DNA of 51,580 bases from Bacillota bacterium (GTDB taxonomy: Bacteria; Bacillota; Clostridia; Peptostreptococcales; Anaerovoracaceae), in the NCBI GenBank assembly GCA_017428655.1, contig JAFRQL010000105.1, positions 1-51,580 of the forward strand, given 5' to 3'. Below are positions 1 to 8,879 of the stretch, one piece after another. The notes under the pieces are model-generated. The model did not search any database and was not told where the DNA came from. It saw only the letters and a program-made list of their open reading frames with translations. The first letter of the stretch is position 1; each line of letters opens with the position of its first letter. A program made the translations under genes and the position numbers.

Positions 1-65
1 CAGGGAAAGTAGGCGCAGTCGGTATTGTTTATGAATCTGAAGCTGTTAGGTCTCTTTTCGCCCAT
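1..65 (-). CDS. 5' end of a gene that runs out of the window (MGEKRPNSFRFINNTDCAYFP...); function not assignable
   Basis: ATG at 65-63 with AGGAGA (revcomp of 75-80) 9 nt upstream. Only 21 codons are visible. The F-x-N-x-x-C-x-Y-F-P start is reminiscent of small Cys-rich domains but is too short to call. Confidence 0.3.
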   Translation of the reverse strand, partial: MGEKRPNSFRFINNTDCAYFP

Positions 66-93
66 GATCGCTGTTCTCCTGTGAATACCATAA

Positions 94-114
94 GCGGGCC
101 CCTGAGGGACCCGC
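94..114 (-). terminator. Stem-loop just downstream of the methylaspartase stop, candidate operon terminator
   Basis: GCGGGCCCC-TGA-GGGACCCGC. On the minus-strand RNA this is a 9-bp stem with one G-U pair, followed by a moderately T-rich tract (TTATGGTATT). Confidence 0.4.
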
Positions 115-134
115 CATGAGCTCTCTTTGCAGTA

Positions 135-1397
135 TTACTTGCAGCCGCAGGCCTTCTTGGCCTTCATGGCAGCCAGGATCCTCTGCATCTCGTTGTAGAC
201 GATCATGTAGCCCTCGTCTACGCCCATGCCCGGCTTGGCCAGGATCTGGACAGGCTGGGTGGCCATTGCACAGTGTACGCAGACCTGAGCGCTGCGGTCG
301 GTCTCGTTGCAGGTACCGCCCTGATATGCGCCCATTCCGTGCTCCTTGCAGTAGAGGACCGCTTCGATGGTGTTGTTGACGCCGCCCAGGTCGGGGGTCT
401 TGATCTGGACCATGTGGCCTGCGTGGTTGTCGGTGAAGTACTTGACGTCTTCAAGGGTGTTGCACCACTCGTCGGCGACCAGCTCCACGTTGATGCCTCT
501 CCTGTCGACCTCTTCGGTCAGGCCCTTGAGAGCGATCATCTGGGTCTCTCTGTCGGTATCGCAGTCCATGGGTCCCTCTATCCTCAGATGGAAGGGCTTT
601 GCGGCCTCTTCGAGCTTGGCGAGGTAATCCGCCATGGCCTTGTAGTTGTTGTTTCCGAAGATGACGCCGATGGTGCCGTATACGTCGATGTGGAAGATGG
701 GGTTGTAGTCCTCGCTGAGCCTGTTGTTCAGGATCCTGTCTCTCAGCCACTTTACGTACTCTTCCAGCTTTTCGCCGTGCTCGCCCAGCTTCTCAGCGAC
801 GTTGTTGATCAGAGCATGGGGCAGGACCTGAGCGCCTTTGATGATCATCTTGTCGGAGTTGTTGTAGCGGTCGTCGCCGGACTGGGTGAAGATATCGATG
901 GGCTTCTCGGAGACGGTGCAGTTATACTCCTCTGCAACGACTTCGCACATCATCTTGTGCTTTGCCCTTGCGACAGCGTCCAGGATAGCCTGGGAAACGC
1001 CGTAGCGGATAGCGGTGTGGAGCCTCTTGCCGCCCACCTGGATGGCTTCCATCTCAGCGGTCAGCTGTCTGAAGCTGTCGGCTTCCCTTCCGACCAGCAT
1101 GGGCTTGATGTATGTATCGATGACGGGGATGAAGTCCTTGGCCAGGAAGAGGGGATCTCTTCCGCCTGCTCCGGAGTACTGGACCGCTGCGCAGTCGCCG
1201 TAAGCGACCTGGCCGTCCTCCAGCACGATCTGCACGGAGATGGATTCGCCGGGCATACGGACAGAGGTGAAGCCCTCGGTCACGGGAGCGCCGGTGTAGA
1301 AGGTGCCGTCGTGGCCCGCTCCGCCCTTGATCGCTCTCTGGTCGTCAAAATAGAAGCCTGTTCTGCCCGGAGAGCAGATCACATCAATGATTTTCAT
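135..1397 (-). CDS. mal: 3-methylaspartate ammonia-lyase (beta-methylaspartase)
   Basis: 420-aa ORF. N-terminus is MKIIDV..PGRTGFYFDDQRAIK and the C-terminal stretch is IKTPDLGG...YQGGTCNETDRSAQV, typical of the enolase-superfamily methylaspartase. It is the last gene after glutamate mutase genes, as in clostridial clusters. Confidence 0.9.
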   Translation of the reverse strand: MKIIDVICSPGRTGFYFDDQRAIKGGAGHDGTFYTGAPVTEGFTSVRMPGESISVQIVLEDGQVAYGDCAAVQYSGAGGRDPLFLAKDFIPVIDTYIKPMLVGREADSFRQLTAEMEAIQVGGKRLHTAIRYGVSQAILDAVARAKHKMMCEVVAEEYNCTVSEKPIDIFTQSGDDRYNNSDKMIIKGAQVLPHALINNVAEKLGEHGEKLEEYVKWLRDRILNNRLSEDYNPIFHIDVYGTIGVIFGNNNYKAMADYLAKLEEAAKPFHLRIEGPMDCDTDRETQMIALKGLTEEVDRRGINVELVADEWCNTLEDVKYFTDNHAGHMVQIKTPDLGGVNNTIEAVLYCKEHGMGAYQGGTCNETDRSAQVCVHCAMATQPVQILAKPGMGVDEGYMIVYNEMQRILAAMKAKKACGCK

Positions 1398-1482
1398 TAT
1401 TTCCTCCTTAGATATATGCGATAGAACGCTTATATAACTTTATATATCCTCCGGAAGGCCTGAGCCCTGCCGGTAAAGACCT

Positions 1483-2964
1483 TTATTTTCCGGAGCCTGC
1501 GGCATGATCGTCCTTGGGCTGGGGACGTCCGACCAGACGGCCCTTGCCGATGGCGTAGATGTCGTCGACTACCATGTTGAAGTGGACCGGTCTGCCTTCG
1601 AAGGCCGCTCTCTCTTCCATCTTCCTTCTGTGGAAGTCCTTGACCTCCTTGGGGAAGGGCAGATTGCCCATCTCCATGATCCTGACGGCGCCGTCGTTGT
1701 CGCGGGCCGGGAGCATGAGTCCGGCGTTGACCGCGCAGGGAGCGAAGGGAACGTCCAGAACGCCTGCCTCGACGCCTCTGCAGCATCCCAGGGCCCAGTC
1801 GTCGTTGCCCAGCTCGTAGCACTTGTCCAGGATGGAGCGGGTCTCCATCTTGATCATCTCCATCTCCTCTTCCAGGTTGGCAGCGGAGTATTCCTGCTCG
1901 TAGAGCATGTTGACGACCTGCTTGGAGCAGCGGCAGCCTGCGGCGTTGGCTTCCATGGTCGGGATACCGAAGGCCTCGTGGGGGCTCTTGGTGATGACCT
2001 TGGTGGCCTTGGAGAAGGCAGCTGCGGCAGCGCCCCAGGAGATGACGCCGAAGGCCTTGGCCTCGTCCTCGGGGAAGCCGCCCATCCACTCGTGAAGGAC
2101 GGTGGTGACGTTGACGTCATGATAACCGTACTTGTTGAGGTACTCGTTGGTCAGCTCGTCCAGGGTCCTGATGGCGGCGACGTCCTGGGTCATGTTGCCG
2201 CACTGGCCGTAGCCGACGGTGATGCTCTTGCAGCCCTGCTCTGCCGCCATTATGGCCTCGATGACTGCCGCGGCGTGGGAGATGCAGGGGGGAACGAGAG
2301 TTCCGGTGAGAGGTCCGTAGGGCTCTCTGTTGATGGTGATGCCGTTCTCTTCATAAAGACCGGTGAGCCTGTCGACGTACTGCCAGTCCCAAATGGTCTG
2401 TTCCATGGGAACGTTCTTGCAGTAAGGCAGGTTGTAGGATACGCCGCCGCCCTCGTAGCTGGTGAAGCCTGCCGCGTAGGAGATCTCAGCCAGAAGCCTT
2501 GCGTCGGGCGTGCCGTGGCGGATCTGGATCGGGGTGTGGACGGATTCGATGACCTGTCTGCACTTGAATACGCCGTGGTTTACTACGGGAAGTCCGTTCA
2601 TGAGAGCTCTGCCCTCGAGGATGGACCTCTTGATGCCCTCCTCAGCCTCTTCATAGCGGTTGAGACGGGTGTAGCTGTCGATGGTTGAGGGCAGCAGGTC
2701 TACTTCGCCGTACTTCTCCAGGTGCTGCATCAGCTTGATGTGCTCTTCGATGACGGGGACGCCCGCTCTGGGCTGGATGAGGGTCCTGCGCTCGGCCTTT
2801 GCCTTGTTCAGCTTGTCGGCGAAGCGGCAGTCTCCGGTGATGGTCCTCTGGTAAGCGAAGGCTTCGTCCAGATCGACTTCCCTTCCGGTATGCCAGGTGG
2901 CGAGGACTTCCTTTCTCAGGGCCTCGAAGGTGGCGTCGGAAAGCTTCTTGTTCTTGATCTCCAT
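1483..2964 (-). CDS. glmE: Glutamate mutase (methylaspartate mutase) epsilon/E catalytic subunit
   Basis: 493 aa. Stretches such as LLPSTIDSYTRLNRYEEAE, GGGVSYNLPYCKNVP and HEWMGGFPEDEAKAF match my memory of MutE/GlmE. Context with the S and L genes and mal supports the call. Confidence 0.9.
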   Translation of the reverse strand: MEIKNKKLSDATFEALRKEVLATWHTGREVDLDEAFAYQRTITGDCRFADKLNKAKAERRTLIQPRAGVPVIEEHIKLMQHLEKYGEVDLLPSTIDSYTRLNRYEEAEEGIKRSILEGRALMNGLPVVNHGVFKCRQVIESVHTPIQIRHGTPDARLLAEISYAAGFTSYEGGGVSYNLPYCKNVPMEQTIWDWQYVDRLTGLYEENGITINREPYGPLTGTLVPPCISHAAAVIEAIMAAEQGCKSITVGYGQCGNMTQDVAAIRTLDELTNEYLNKYGYHDVNVTTVLHEWMGGFPEDEAKAFGVISWGAAAAAFSKATKVITKSPHEAFGIPTMEANAAGCRCSKQVVNMLYEQEYSAANLEEEMEMIKMETRSILDKCYELGNDDWALGCCRGVEAGVLDVPFAPCAVNAGLMLPARDNDGAVRIMEMGNLPFPKEVKDFHRRKMEERAAFEGRPVHFNMVVDDIYAIGKGRLVGRPQPKDDHAAGSGK

Positions 2965-2984
2965 TTTTTATCCTCTCTGCAAAA

Positions 2985-4466
2985 TCAGTCTTCGGGATGA
3001 TGCCCGCTGTGACAGTCGGCAAAATCCATGACGGGGACGAAACCGCTGCCTGGGACCGCAGCCGCGGAGGCGTCCGCGATCTGCTCGCCCATGTTCTCAA
3101 GTTCTTTTTTCATTATGTGAAGGGCTGCCGTAGGATAGTGTTCCGAAAGCAGGCCCATCGAGGCAAGTATGTAGTGCCTGTCGACCAGTATGTTGGCCCT
3201 GCCCGGTCTTAAGGACATGGGCTTTTCGGGATTGTACAGGGCGTGAGCCGCGATCTCGTCGGTCCTCTTGGTGTGGATGAGGCTGCCGCCGGTGACGACC
3301 ACCTGCCTGATGTTGCTCAGGTCCTTGCCGGTCTGCATGTAGGTGGAGCCCATGACCGTGTAGATCTCCTCCAGATGGCCCGCGTGCCTTTCGACGGCGG
3401 TATCTATGGCCATGCTGGCGAGGGCGTAGTCGAGCCTCTCCCACTCTTCATTGGTCGGGACCTCGTCGGTGTGCTCCGCCAGATGGTCGACCATCTGCTG
3501 GGCCTTTTCCTCGTCGATGCCCGAAAGCTGCGAGATCTTTCTGATGCCCGCCGCCTCGACGATGCCGTTGATGCTGTAGCGCATGCCGATATCGCCTTCG
3601 ACGGTCCTCTTGGCGTAGGGCTCGGGAAGGCCCTTGAACACCGCGTTGCCCTTGGTCGGTCTGCCGTCGCAGATGGTGTACACGTCGGTGGTCGCGCCGC
3701 CTACGTCCACAGCCAAAAGCTCGCCGATGCCCGGTTCGTCCTCGGTGCCCTCGGCAAGGAGCCTGATGGCCTTTAGGACGGAAGCCGGAGTGGGGTTAAC
3801 GATGCCCGAGACCAGGCTGGTCGCCTTGGTCAGGCCTTTTGCGGTGATGATCCTCTCAAGGAAGATGTCCCTGATCTTGCTCTGGGTGGGTTCGATGTTG
3901 AGAGTCCCCATCTTGGGCATGACGTTCTCCACCACGTAGCACTTGTGGGAATCGCCTATGATCCTCTCGCACTGCCTTGCGGCGTTGCGGTTCCCCGCGA
4001 TGATGACGGGGAACTCGCCCTTGATGGTGGAGACCACATGGGCGTTGTTGAGGATGCAGGCGCTGTTGCCTCCGTCGGTGCCCCCTACCAGGAGCATGAT
4101 GTCGGGCTTGATCTTCTCGATCTCTTCGGCGTCGTCCTCGGTCATGTTGAAGGAATAGACCTTCATGATCTTGGCGCCGGCGCCAAGGGAAGCCATCTTG
4201 GCGGCCTCGGCGGTGAGCTCGGGGACCAGTCCGCTGGTGACCATCCTCAGGCCTCCTGCGGCGCTTGAGCAGGCGTAGCGCTCTGCGAAATCAAGCTTCC
4301 CGGTCTTCTCTTCAAGGAGCTTTACCGCGTTCTCCAGGCCCTCGTTGATGTCGGTGAATATGGTGGTGAAGGACGCCGCGGTCCCCAGCAGCTTCTCCTC
4401 ATCCACATCGACGGCGGTGACCTTGGTATATGTGCTTCCGAAATCTATCAGTAATACCGGTCTCAT
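2985..4466 (-). CDS. glmL: Glutamate mutase-associated MutL/GlmL protein (ASKHA-fold, putative reactivase/chaperone)
   Basis: 493 aa. It has the N-terminal phosphate-1-like motif LLIDFGSTYTKVTAVD and a second VDVGGATTDV motif. It sits between the S-domain gene and glmE, as in the mutS-mutL-mutE order. Confidence 0.8.
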   Translation of the reverse strand: MRPVLLIDFGSTYTKVTAVDVDEEKLLGTAASFTTIFTDINEGLENAVKLLEEKTGKLDFAERYACSSAAGGLRMVTSGLVPELTAEAAKMASLGAGAKIMKVYSFNMTEDDAEEIEKIKPDIMLLVGGTDGGNSACILNNAHVVSTIKGEFPVIIAGNRNAARQCERIIGDSHKCYVVENVMPKMGTLNIEPTQSKIRDIFLERIITAKGLTKATSLVSGIVNPTPASVLKAIRLLAEGTEDEPGIGELLAVDVGGATTDVYTICDGRPTKGNAVFKGLPEPYAKRTVEGDIGMRYSINGIVEAAGIRKISQLSGIDEEKAQQMVDHLAEHTDEVPTNEEWERLDYALASMAIDTAVERHAGHLEEIYTVMGSTYMQTGKDLSNIRQVVVTGGSLIHTKRTDEIAAHALYNPEKPMSLRPGRANILVDRHYILASMGLLSEHYPTAALHIMKKELENMGEQIADASAAAVPGSGFVPVMDFADCHSGHHPED

Positions 4467-4477
4467 ATGCTTTAAAC

Positions 4478-5461
4478 CTACTCGTCCATGTGCAGGTCTT
4501 TATGCAGGCATTCGATGTCCACGCTGGGATCGGTCCCGGGAGGGAAGGCTCTGTTGTAGCCCATGTCCTTGAAGCGCTTCTCGACCTGTTCGAAGTCCTG
4601 CTTGCCTATAACGATGTTTCCGCCCACGTAGAGGAGGATGTCAGGGATGCCCGCCTCGACGCACTTTTCTCTCATGCCTCTGCAGTCCAGCTCGCCCTGA
4701 CCGTACAGCGAAGAGATCAGGATAGCGTCCGCGTTGGACTCGATGGCGGCGTTGATGAACTCCTCCTGGGAGACGGTGACGCCCAGATTGATGACGTTGA
4801 AGCCGGCGTCGGTGAATGCCCTGTAAAGGATCTTGTTCCCGACTGCGTGGACGTCGGCGCCGATGACGCCTATAACTATGGTCTTCTGTTCCATTTTAGT
4901 CCCCTCCTCAAGGGTCTTGAGATATCCGGCCCTGCCGGACTCGTAAAGGTTGTTTCCTTCGGAATCGATGATGACGGTGACCGGGAAGTTCTCGACCTCC
5001 AGCCTTCTGACGGCCTCGGCCCCCAGATCCTCGTAGCAGACCACCTCGGCCTTCTTGACGCACTTGGCCAGAAGGGCCGCGCAGCCTCCGATGGCTCCGA
5101 AGTAGACGGCGCCGCATTCCTTCATGGCCTCGACGACCTCGGGGCTCCTCTTGCCTTTGCCGATCATACCGGTCAGGCCCTCTCTGATGAGCCTGGGGGA
5201 ATAGGGATCCATGCGGTAAGAGGTGGTGGGCCCGACGGAGCCGATGGGCTGGCCGGGCTTTGCGGGAGCGGGTCCTGCGAAATAGATGATGCCGTCGGTC
5301 AGGTCCACGGGCAGGGGCTTGCCCTCGTCCAGGAGCTGGCAGAGGCGCTTATGGGCGGCGTCCCTGGCGGTATAGATGACGCCGGTGATCTCGACGCTGT
5401 CGCCGCACTTTAAAGTCCTTGCGGTCTCACGGGTCAGCGGAGTATTGATCTTGATCGCCAT
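4478..5461 (-). CDS. In-frame fusion: Fe-S hydro-lyase beta subunit (mesaconase/class I fumarase C-terminal type, aa 1-189) plus glutamate mutase sigma/S B12-binding subunit (aa 190-327)
   Basis: Single 327-aa ORF with no stop at the junction. The N-half is TtdB/FumA-C-like ([31 protein letters not shown]). The C-half [23 protein letters not shown]...[11 protein letters not shown]...[13 protein letters not shown]...[15 protein letters not shown] is nearly colinear with clostridial GlmS/MutS and includes the DxHxxG cobalamin motif (DVHAVG). Confidence 0.8.
   Translation of the reverse strand: MAIKINTPLTRETARTLKCGDSVEITGVIYTARDAAHKRLCQLLDEGKPLPVDLTDGIIYFAGPAPAKPGQPIGSVGPTTSYRMDPYSPRLIREGLTGMIGKGKRSPEVVEAMKECGAVYFGAIGGCAALLAKCVKKAEVVCYEDLGAEAVRRLEVENFPVTVIIDSEGNNLYESGRAGYLKTLEEGTKMEQKTIVIGVIGADVHAVGNKILYRAFTDAGFNVINLGVTVSQEEFINAAIESNADAILISSLYGQGELDCRGMREKCVEAGIPDILLYVGGNIVIGKQDFEQVEKRFKDMGYNRAFPPGTDPSVDIECLHKDLHMDE
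4892..4909 (-). promoter_or_regulatory. Internal Shine-Dalgarno (GAGGAGGGG) plus ATG exactly at the mesaconase-beta/GlmS domain junction
   Basis: The minus strand reads GAGGAGGGGACTAAAATGGAACAG. The ATG at 4894 encodes Met190, the first residue of the GlmS-like domain, with canonical spacing. Confidence 0.5.
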
Positions 5462-6304
5462 TTACAGCACCTCCGTCTTGTGCCTTGCCACGTGGCAGTT
5501 GATGTTGACGGCCACGGGAAGACCTGCGATGTGGGTCGCGAAAGTATTGATGTTGACAGCAAGAGCGTAGGTCTTTCCGCCGAAGCCCTGGGGACCTATG
5601 CCCTTGGCGTTGATCTTTTCCTTGAGTTCCTCTTCGAGAGCCGCGTACTGGGGATCGGGGTTCTTCTCGTCCAGCGGCCTAAGAAGGGCCTTCTTCGCCA
5701 TGAGGGCTGCCTTGTCGAAGGTGCCACCGATGCCTACGCCCACGATGACCGGGGGGCAGGGATTGGGGCCGGCGTCCTCGATGACCTTGAGGATGAAGTC
5801 CTTGACTCCGTCCAGGCCATCGGCGGGCTTGAGCATCTTGATCTGGCTCATGTTCTCGGAACCGAAGCCCTTGGGGGCGACGGTGACGGTGAGCTTGTCT
5901 CCGGGCACGATATCGTAGTAGATCATGGCCGGGGTGTTGTCTCCGCTGTTCTTCCTGTTGAAGACGGGATCGACGACGACGCTCTTGCGAAGATAGCCTT
6001 CGGTATATCCGGCGGCAACGCCGGCATTGACGGCCTCTTCGATGTTTCCGGTGATGTGGACGCCCTGTCCTATCTCAAGGAAGACGCAGGCGACGCCGGT
6101 ATCCTGGCAGATGGGCACGTTGTTGTCCTCTGCGATATGGTAATTCTCGATGATGTGGTCGAGGATCTCCCGGGCGGGAGCCCAGGTCTCTTCCTGCCTG
6201 CCTCTTTCGATGCAGTCTCTCACATCCTGCGGGAGGACGCAGCAGGCCTCTATGCAGAGCCTTTTGACGCAGTCCCTCAGTTCTTCTGCTTTTATCTCTC
6301 TCAT
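5462..6304 (-). CDS. Fe-S hydro-lyase alpha subunit (mesaconase / class I fumarate hydratase N-terminal type)
   Basis: 280 aa with TtdA/FumA-N signatures (ICQDTGVACVF, VAPKGFGSENMS, CPPVIVGVGIGGTFD). Its TAA stop directly abuts the ATG of the beta-subunit ORF (TAAATG at 5464-5459). Confidence 0.85.
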   Translation of the reverse strand: MREIKAEELRDCVKRLCIEACCVLPQDVRDCIERGRQEETWAPAREILDHIIENYHIAEDNNVPICQDTGVACVFLEIGQGVHITGNIEEAVNAGVAAGYTEGYLRKSVVVDPVFNRKNSGDNTPAMIYYDIVPGDKLTVTVAPKGFGSENMSQIKMLKPADGLDGVKDFILKVIEDAGPNPCPPVIVGVGIGGTFDKAALMAKKALLRPLDEKNPDPQYAALEEELKEKINAKGIGPQGFGGKTYALAVNINTFATHIAGLPVAVNINCHVARHKTEVL

Positions 6305-6310
6305 CTCGTC

Positions 6311-7720
6311 CTACCTTTCGGGAACGTTGTAGATGTAATCGACGTGTTCGCCGTAGTGTCCAAGGACCTCTCCGACGATCTTATCGCCCTTGGGAGCCTT
6401 GACGGGGACTCCGCAGATCTCTTCGGCCATGGCCTTGAGCTCTCTGATGTCCTTAACGTTGAGGCCCGCTGCGATGAACTTCTCCTTCAGGTCTTCCCTT
6501 CTGGGATTGACGGCGATGCCCTTCTCGGTGATCAGCACGTCGATGTTCTCGCCCCTGGTGGACACGGTGGTGACGTGGTCCAGGACGATGGGAAGGCGGT
6601 TCCTGAAGAGAGGAGCGATGACCACCGCCATGTTGCAGATCTCGGCGATGTCGGTGTGGCCGCCGCTGCCGCCCATGATGACACCGTTGGAGTCGGTGTG
6701 GACGTTGACGTTGAAGTCCACGTCGATCTCGGTGGCTCCCAGCATTGCTACGTCCAGGTTGTTCATGCAGCTGGACTTGCCCACGGCGCTGGAGTAGCGC
6801 CTTGCGGAGACTTCGATGTGGTTTGGGTTCTCGGCCAGGTCAGCCGCGGCGCCCAGATCGAAGCTCTGGACGTCCTGCAGGGCCTTGAAGCAGCCCGCGT
6901 GCTGAAGCTCGACGGACGCGGAGGAGATGCCTCCTACGATATATGAACCTACGATGCCCTTCTCAAGCATGACGTCCTTGAGATACATGGCGGCCGCCAT
7001 GGTGGCTCCGCCTGCTCCGGTCTGGAAGCTCATGCCGTCCTTGAGAAGGCCGCTGGCCTCGATGCACTTGACGGCGGTCTGGGCCATCCTGAGCCTTACG
7101 GGGTCTCTGGTCTGGGCGGTGGTTCCGGACATGATGCCGTTGGGATCTCCGATGGCGTCCACGGTGACCACGTAGTCCACGTAGTCCTCGGTGATGGAGG
7201 CGCAGGTCAGAGGATACTCTACCAGGTTGTCGGTGATGACGATGACGGTCTTGGCGTTCTCAGCGTCCGCCATGGCGTAGCCGATGCTGCCGAAGCGGGA
7301 CTTTCCGATCTTGCCGGTGCAGTTGCCCATGGTGTCGGAGGTGGGAGCCGCGATGAAGGCCACGTCGATGGGGGTCTTGCCGTTGATGATGTCGCCGGGG
7401 CGGCTTCCGTGGGAGCGGAACTCAACGGGCTCCTTCATGATGCCCTTGCAGATCTCGGTGCCGATGCCCTTGGACATATAGTTGCAGCGAAGCTTGGTGA
7501 CGACGCCGTTCTTGATATGGTCTACCAGAGGAGCGTGAATGTCGAATACGGCGGAGGCGTTGACGGTCAGGTCCTTGATGCCCATGTTGGCGATCTCTTC
7601 CATGACCATGTTGAGAACGTAGTCTCCGTTGCGAAGGTGGTGATGGAAGGAGATGCTCATGCCGTCGTGGAGCTTTGCCAGCTCGATGGCTTCTCTGATG
7701 CTTGATACTACTTTAGTCAT
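6311..7720 (-). CDS. citF: Citrate-lyase alpha-type CoA-transferase subunit; by context, citramalate lyase alpha
   Basis: 469 aa. CitF-like N-terminus (SISFHHHLRNGD) and body (FQTGAGGATMAAA, GGSGGHTD). Follows citD-citE. Confidence 0.85.
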   Translation of the reverse strand: MTKVVSSIREAIELAKLHDGMSISFHHHLRNGDYVLNMVMEEIANMGIKDLTVNASAVFDIHAPLVDHIKNGVVTKLRCNYMSKGIGTEICKGIMKEPVEFRSHGSRPGDIINGKTPIDVAFIAAPTSDTMGNCTGKIGKSRFGSIGYAMADAENAKTVIVITDNLVEYPLTCASITEDYVDYVVTVDAIGDPNGIMSGTTAQTRDPVRLRMAQTAVKCIEASGLLKDGMSFQTGAGGATMAAAMYLKDVMLEKGIVGSYIVGGISSASVELQHAGCFKALQDVQSFDLGAAADLAENPNHIEVSARRYSSAVGKSSCMNNLDVAMLGATEIDVDFNVNVHTDSNGVIMGGSGGHTDIAEICNMAVVIAPLFRNRLPIVLDHVTTVSTRGENIDVLITEKGIAVNPRREDLKEKFIAAGLNVKDIRELKAMAEEICGVPVKAPKGDKIVGEVLGHYGEHVDYIYNVPER

Positions 7721-7732
7721 TGCGCCTTCCTC

Positions 7733-8605
7733 CTATTTTCTGCCCAGACCCAGCTGCTCTGCGGCGGCGATGGTCCTCTGGGCCCTGAGAACTACGGGAG
7801 CATCGATCATCTTGCCCTTGAGCGCGACGACGCCCTGTCCCTTGGCCTTGCCTTCCTCGATGGCGGCTATGACCTCGTAGGCATAGTCGATGTCGGCCTG
7901 GCTGGGGCTGAAGGAAATGTTGATGGCATCCACGTGGCGGGGGCTGATGGCGGACTTGCCGGTGAAGCCCAGGCTCTTGGCATATGCCGCGTCGGGCCAG
8001 ATGCCTTCATCGTCGTGGGCGTCGGTGAAGGGAGTATCGTAAACGTCGATGCCGCAGGCTCTCGCCGCGTTGACGATGCGCTTTCTGGCGTAGTCGATCT
8101 CGTTGCCCTCCTTGGTCCTCTTGCACTGCATGTCGGCGCTGTAGTCTTCGCCGCCCAGGAAGAGGGCTACCACTCTCTCGGAGGCCTTGCCGATCAGGAA
8201 GGCGTTCTCGATGCCCAGAGCGGTCTCGATGAGGGGCATGATCTTGACGCTGCCCTTCTCGATGCCGTGCTCCTCCTCGAGCTTTCCGATGTAGTCGGCG
8301 AAGGTCTTGATGTCTTCGGGAGTCTCGGACTTGGGAGTCATGATGATGGCAGGCTTCAGGGGAACGATCTCCTTAAGATCCTCCTGCCAGAAGGGCGAAT
8401 TGAGGGAATTGACCCTGACGATGATCTCGATGGCGCTGAAATCGAGGGTCTTGAGTATGTTCCTGACCAGGATCCTGGCGGAATCCTTCTCAGCAGGGGA
8501 TACGGAATCCTCCAGATCGAAGATTATGGAGTCGGCGCCCATGGTGGCGGCGAACATGATCTGCTTGGGGTTGGCTCCCGGTATGAAAAGCATAGAACGG
8601 CGCAT
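7733..8605 (-). CDS. citE: Citryl-CoA/citramalyl-CoA lyase beta subunit (CitE family)
   Basis: 290 aa with RRSMLFIPGANP, DSIIFDLEDSV and ETALG motifs of the CitE/HpcH fold. Confidence 0.85.
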   Translation of the reverse strand: MRRSMLFIPGANPKQIMFAATMGADSIIFDLEDSVSPAEKDSARILVRNILKTLDFSAIEIIVRVNSLNSPFWQEDLKEIVPLKPAIIMTPKSETPEDIKTFADYIGKLEEEHGIEKGSVKIMPLIETALGIENAFLIGKASERVVALFLGGEDYSADMQCKRTKEGNEIDYARKRIVNAARACGIDVYDTPFTDAHDDEGIWPDAAYAKSLGFTGKSAISPRHVDAINISFSPSQADIDYAYEVIAAIEEGKAKGQGVVALKGKMIDAPVVLRAQRTIAAAEQLGLGRK

Positions 8606-8606
8606 G

Positions 8607-8879
8607 TTAAGCCTCCATTCCTCTCTTGATCACGGCCTCGAGCCTTGCTCTTAAGACGCAGTCGATGGCGCCCCTGTCGGTGATCGTGAGTTTTGCGTTG
8701 GTAACGTTGTATTTCTTCAGCTCATCCTCTGCCGAGGCGATGATGGCGTCGCCGTACTGGGTCTTCACGAGGGACTCCAGGAAGATCTGGTTCCCACCTT
8801 CGGACGGTTCGATGACGATGACGCAGTCGGCATTCTGGTCGACGTTGCCGACCTGAGCCTTCTTCTTGATATCGCTCAT
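8607..8879 (-). CDS. citD: Citrate-lyase gamma / acyl-carrier-type subunit (CitD-like)
   Basis: 90 aa. QYGDAIIASAEDELKKYNV and DRGAIDCVLRARLEAV match the CitD C-terminal signature (DKGALDC.LRARLE). SD is GAAGGAGA upstream of the ATG at 8879. Confidence 0.75.
   Translation of the reverse strand: MSDIKKKAQVGNVDQNADCVIVIEPSEGGNQIFLESLVKTQYGDAIIASAEDELKKYNVTNAKLTITDRGAIDCVLRARLEAVIKRGMEA

Noticed and set aside
94-114. The same 9-nt hairpin arms (GCGGGCCCC / GGGACCCGC) at 94-114 and 10251-10273, possibly a dispersed REP-like element.
   Set aside because: Only the stem arms match; the loops and flanks differ. Both sit exactly where terminators are expected. Two copies of a short GC-rich stem are insufficient to claim a repeat family.
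273-1424. Long plus-strand ORFs mirroring minus-strand genes. Examples: 273-1424, 1504-2688, 5480-6946, 19978-21225, 21405-22682, 23156-24535, 28068-29774, 30021-32153 (710 aa), 32170-34596 (808 aa), 36634-37911.
   Set aside because: They are antisense to ORFs with clear family signatures, SD sites and TM/signal logic. Their products are G/A/V/D/R/L-rich with no motifs, as expected for open antisense frames in GC-rich DNA. None has a convincing ribosome-binding site.
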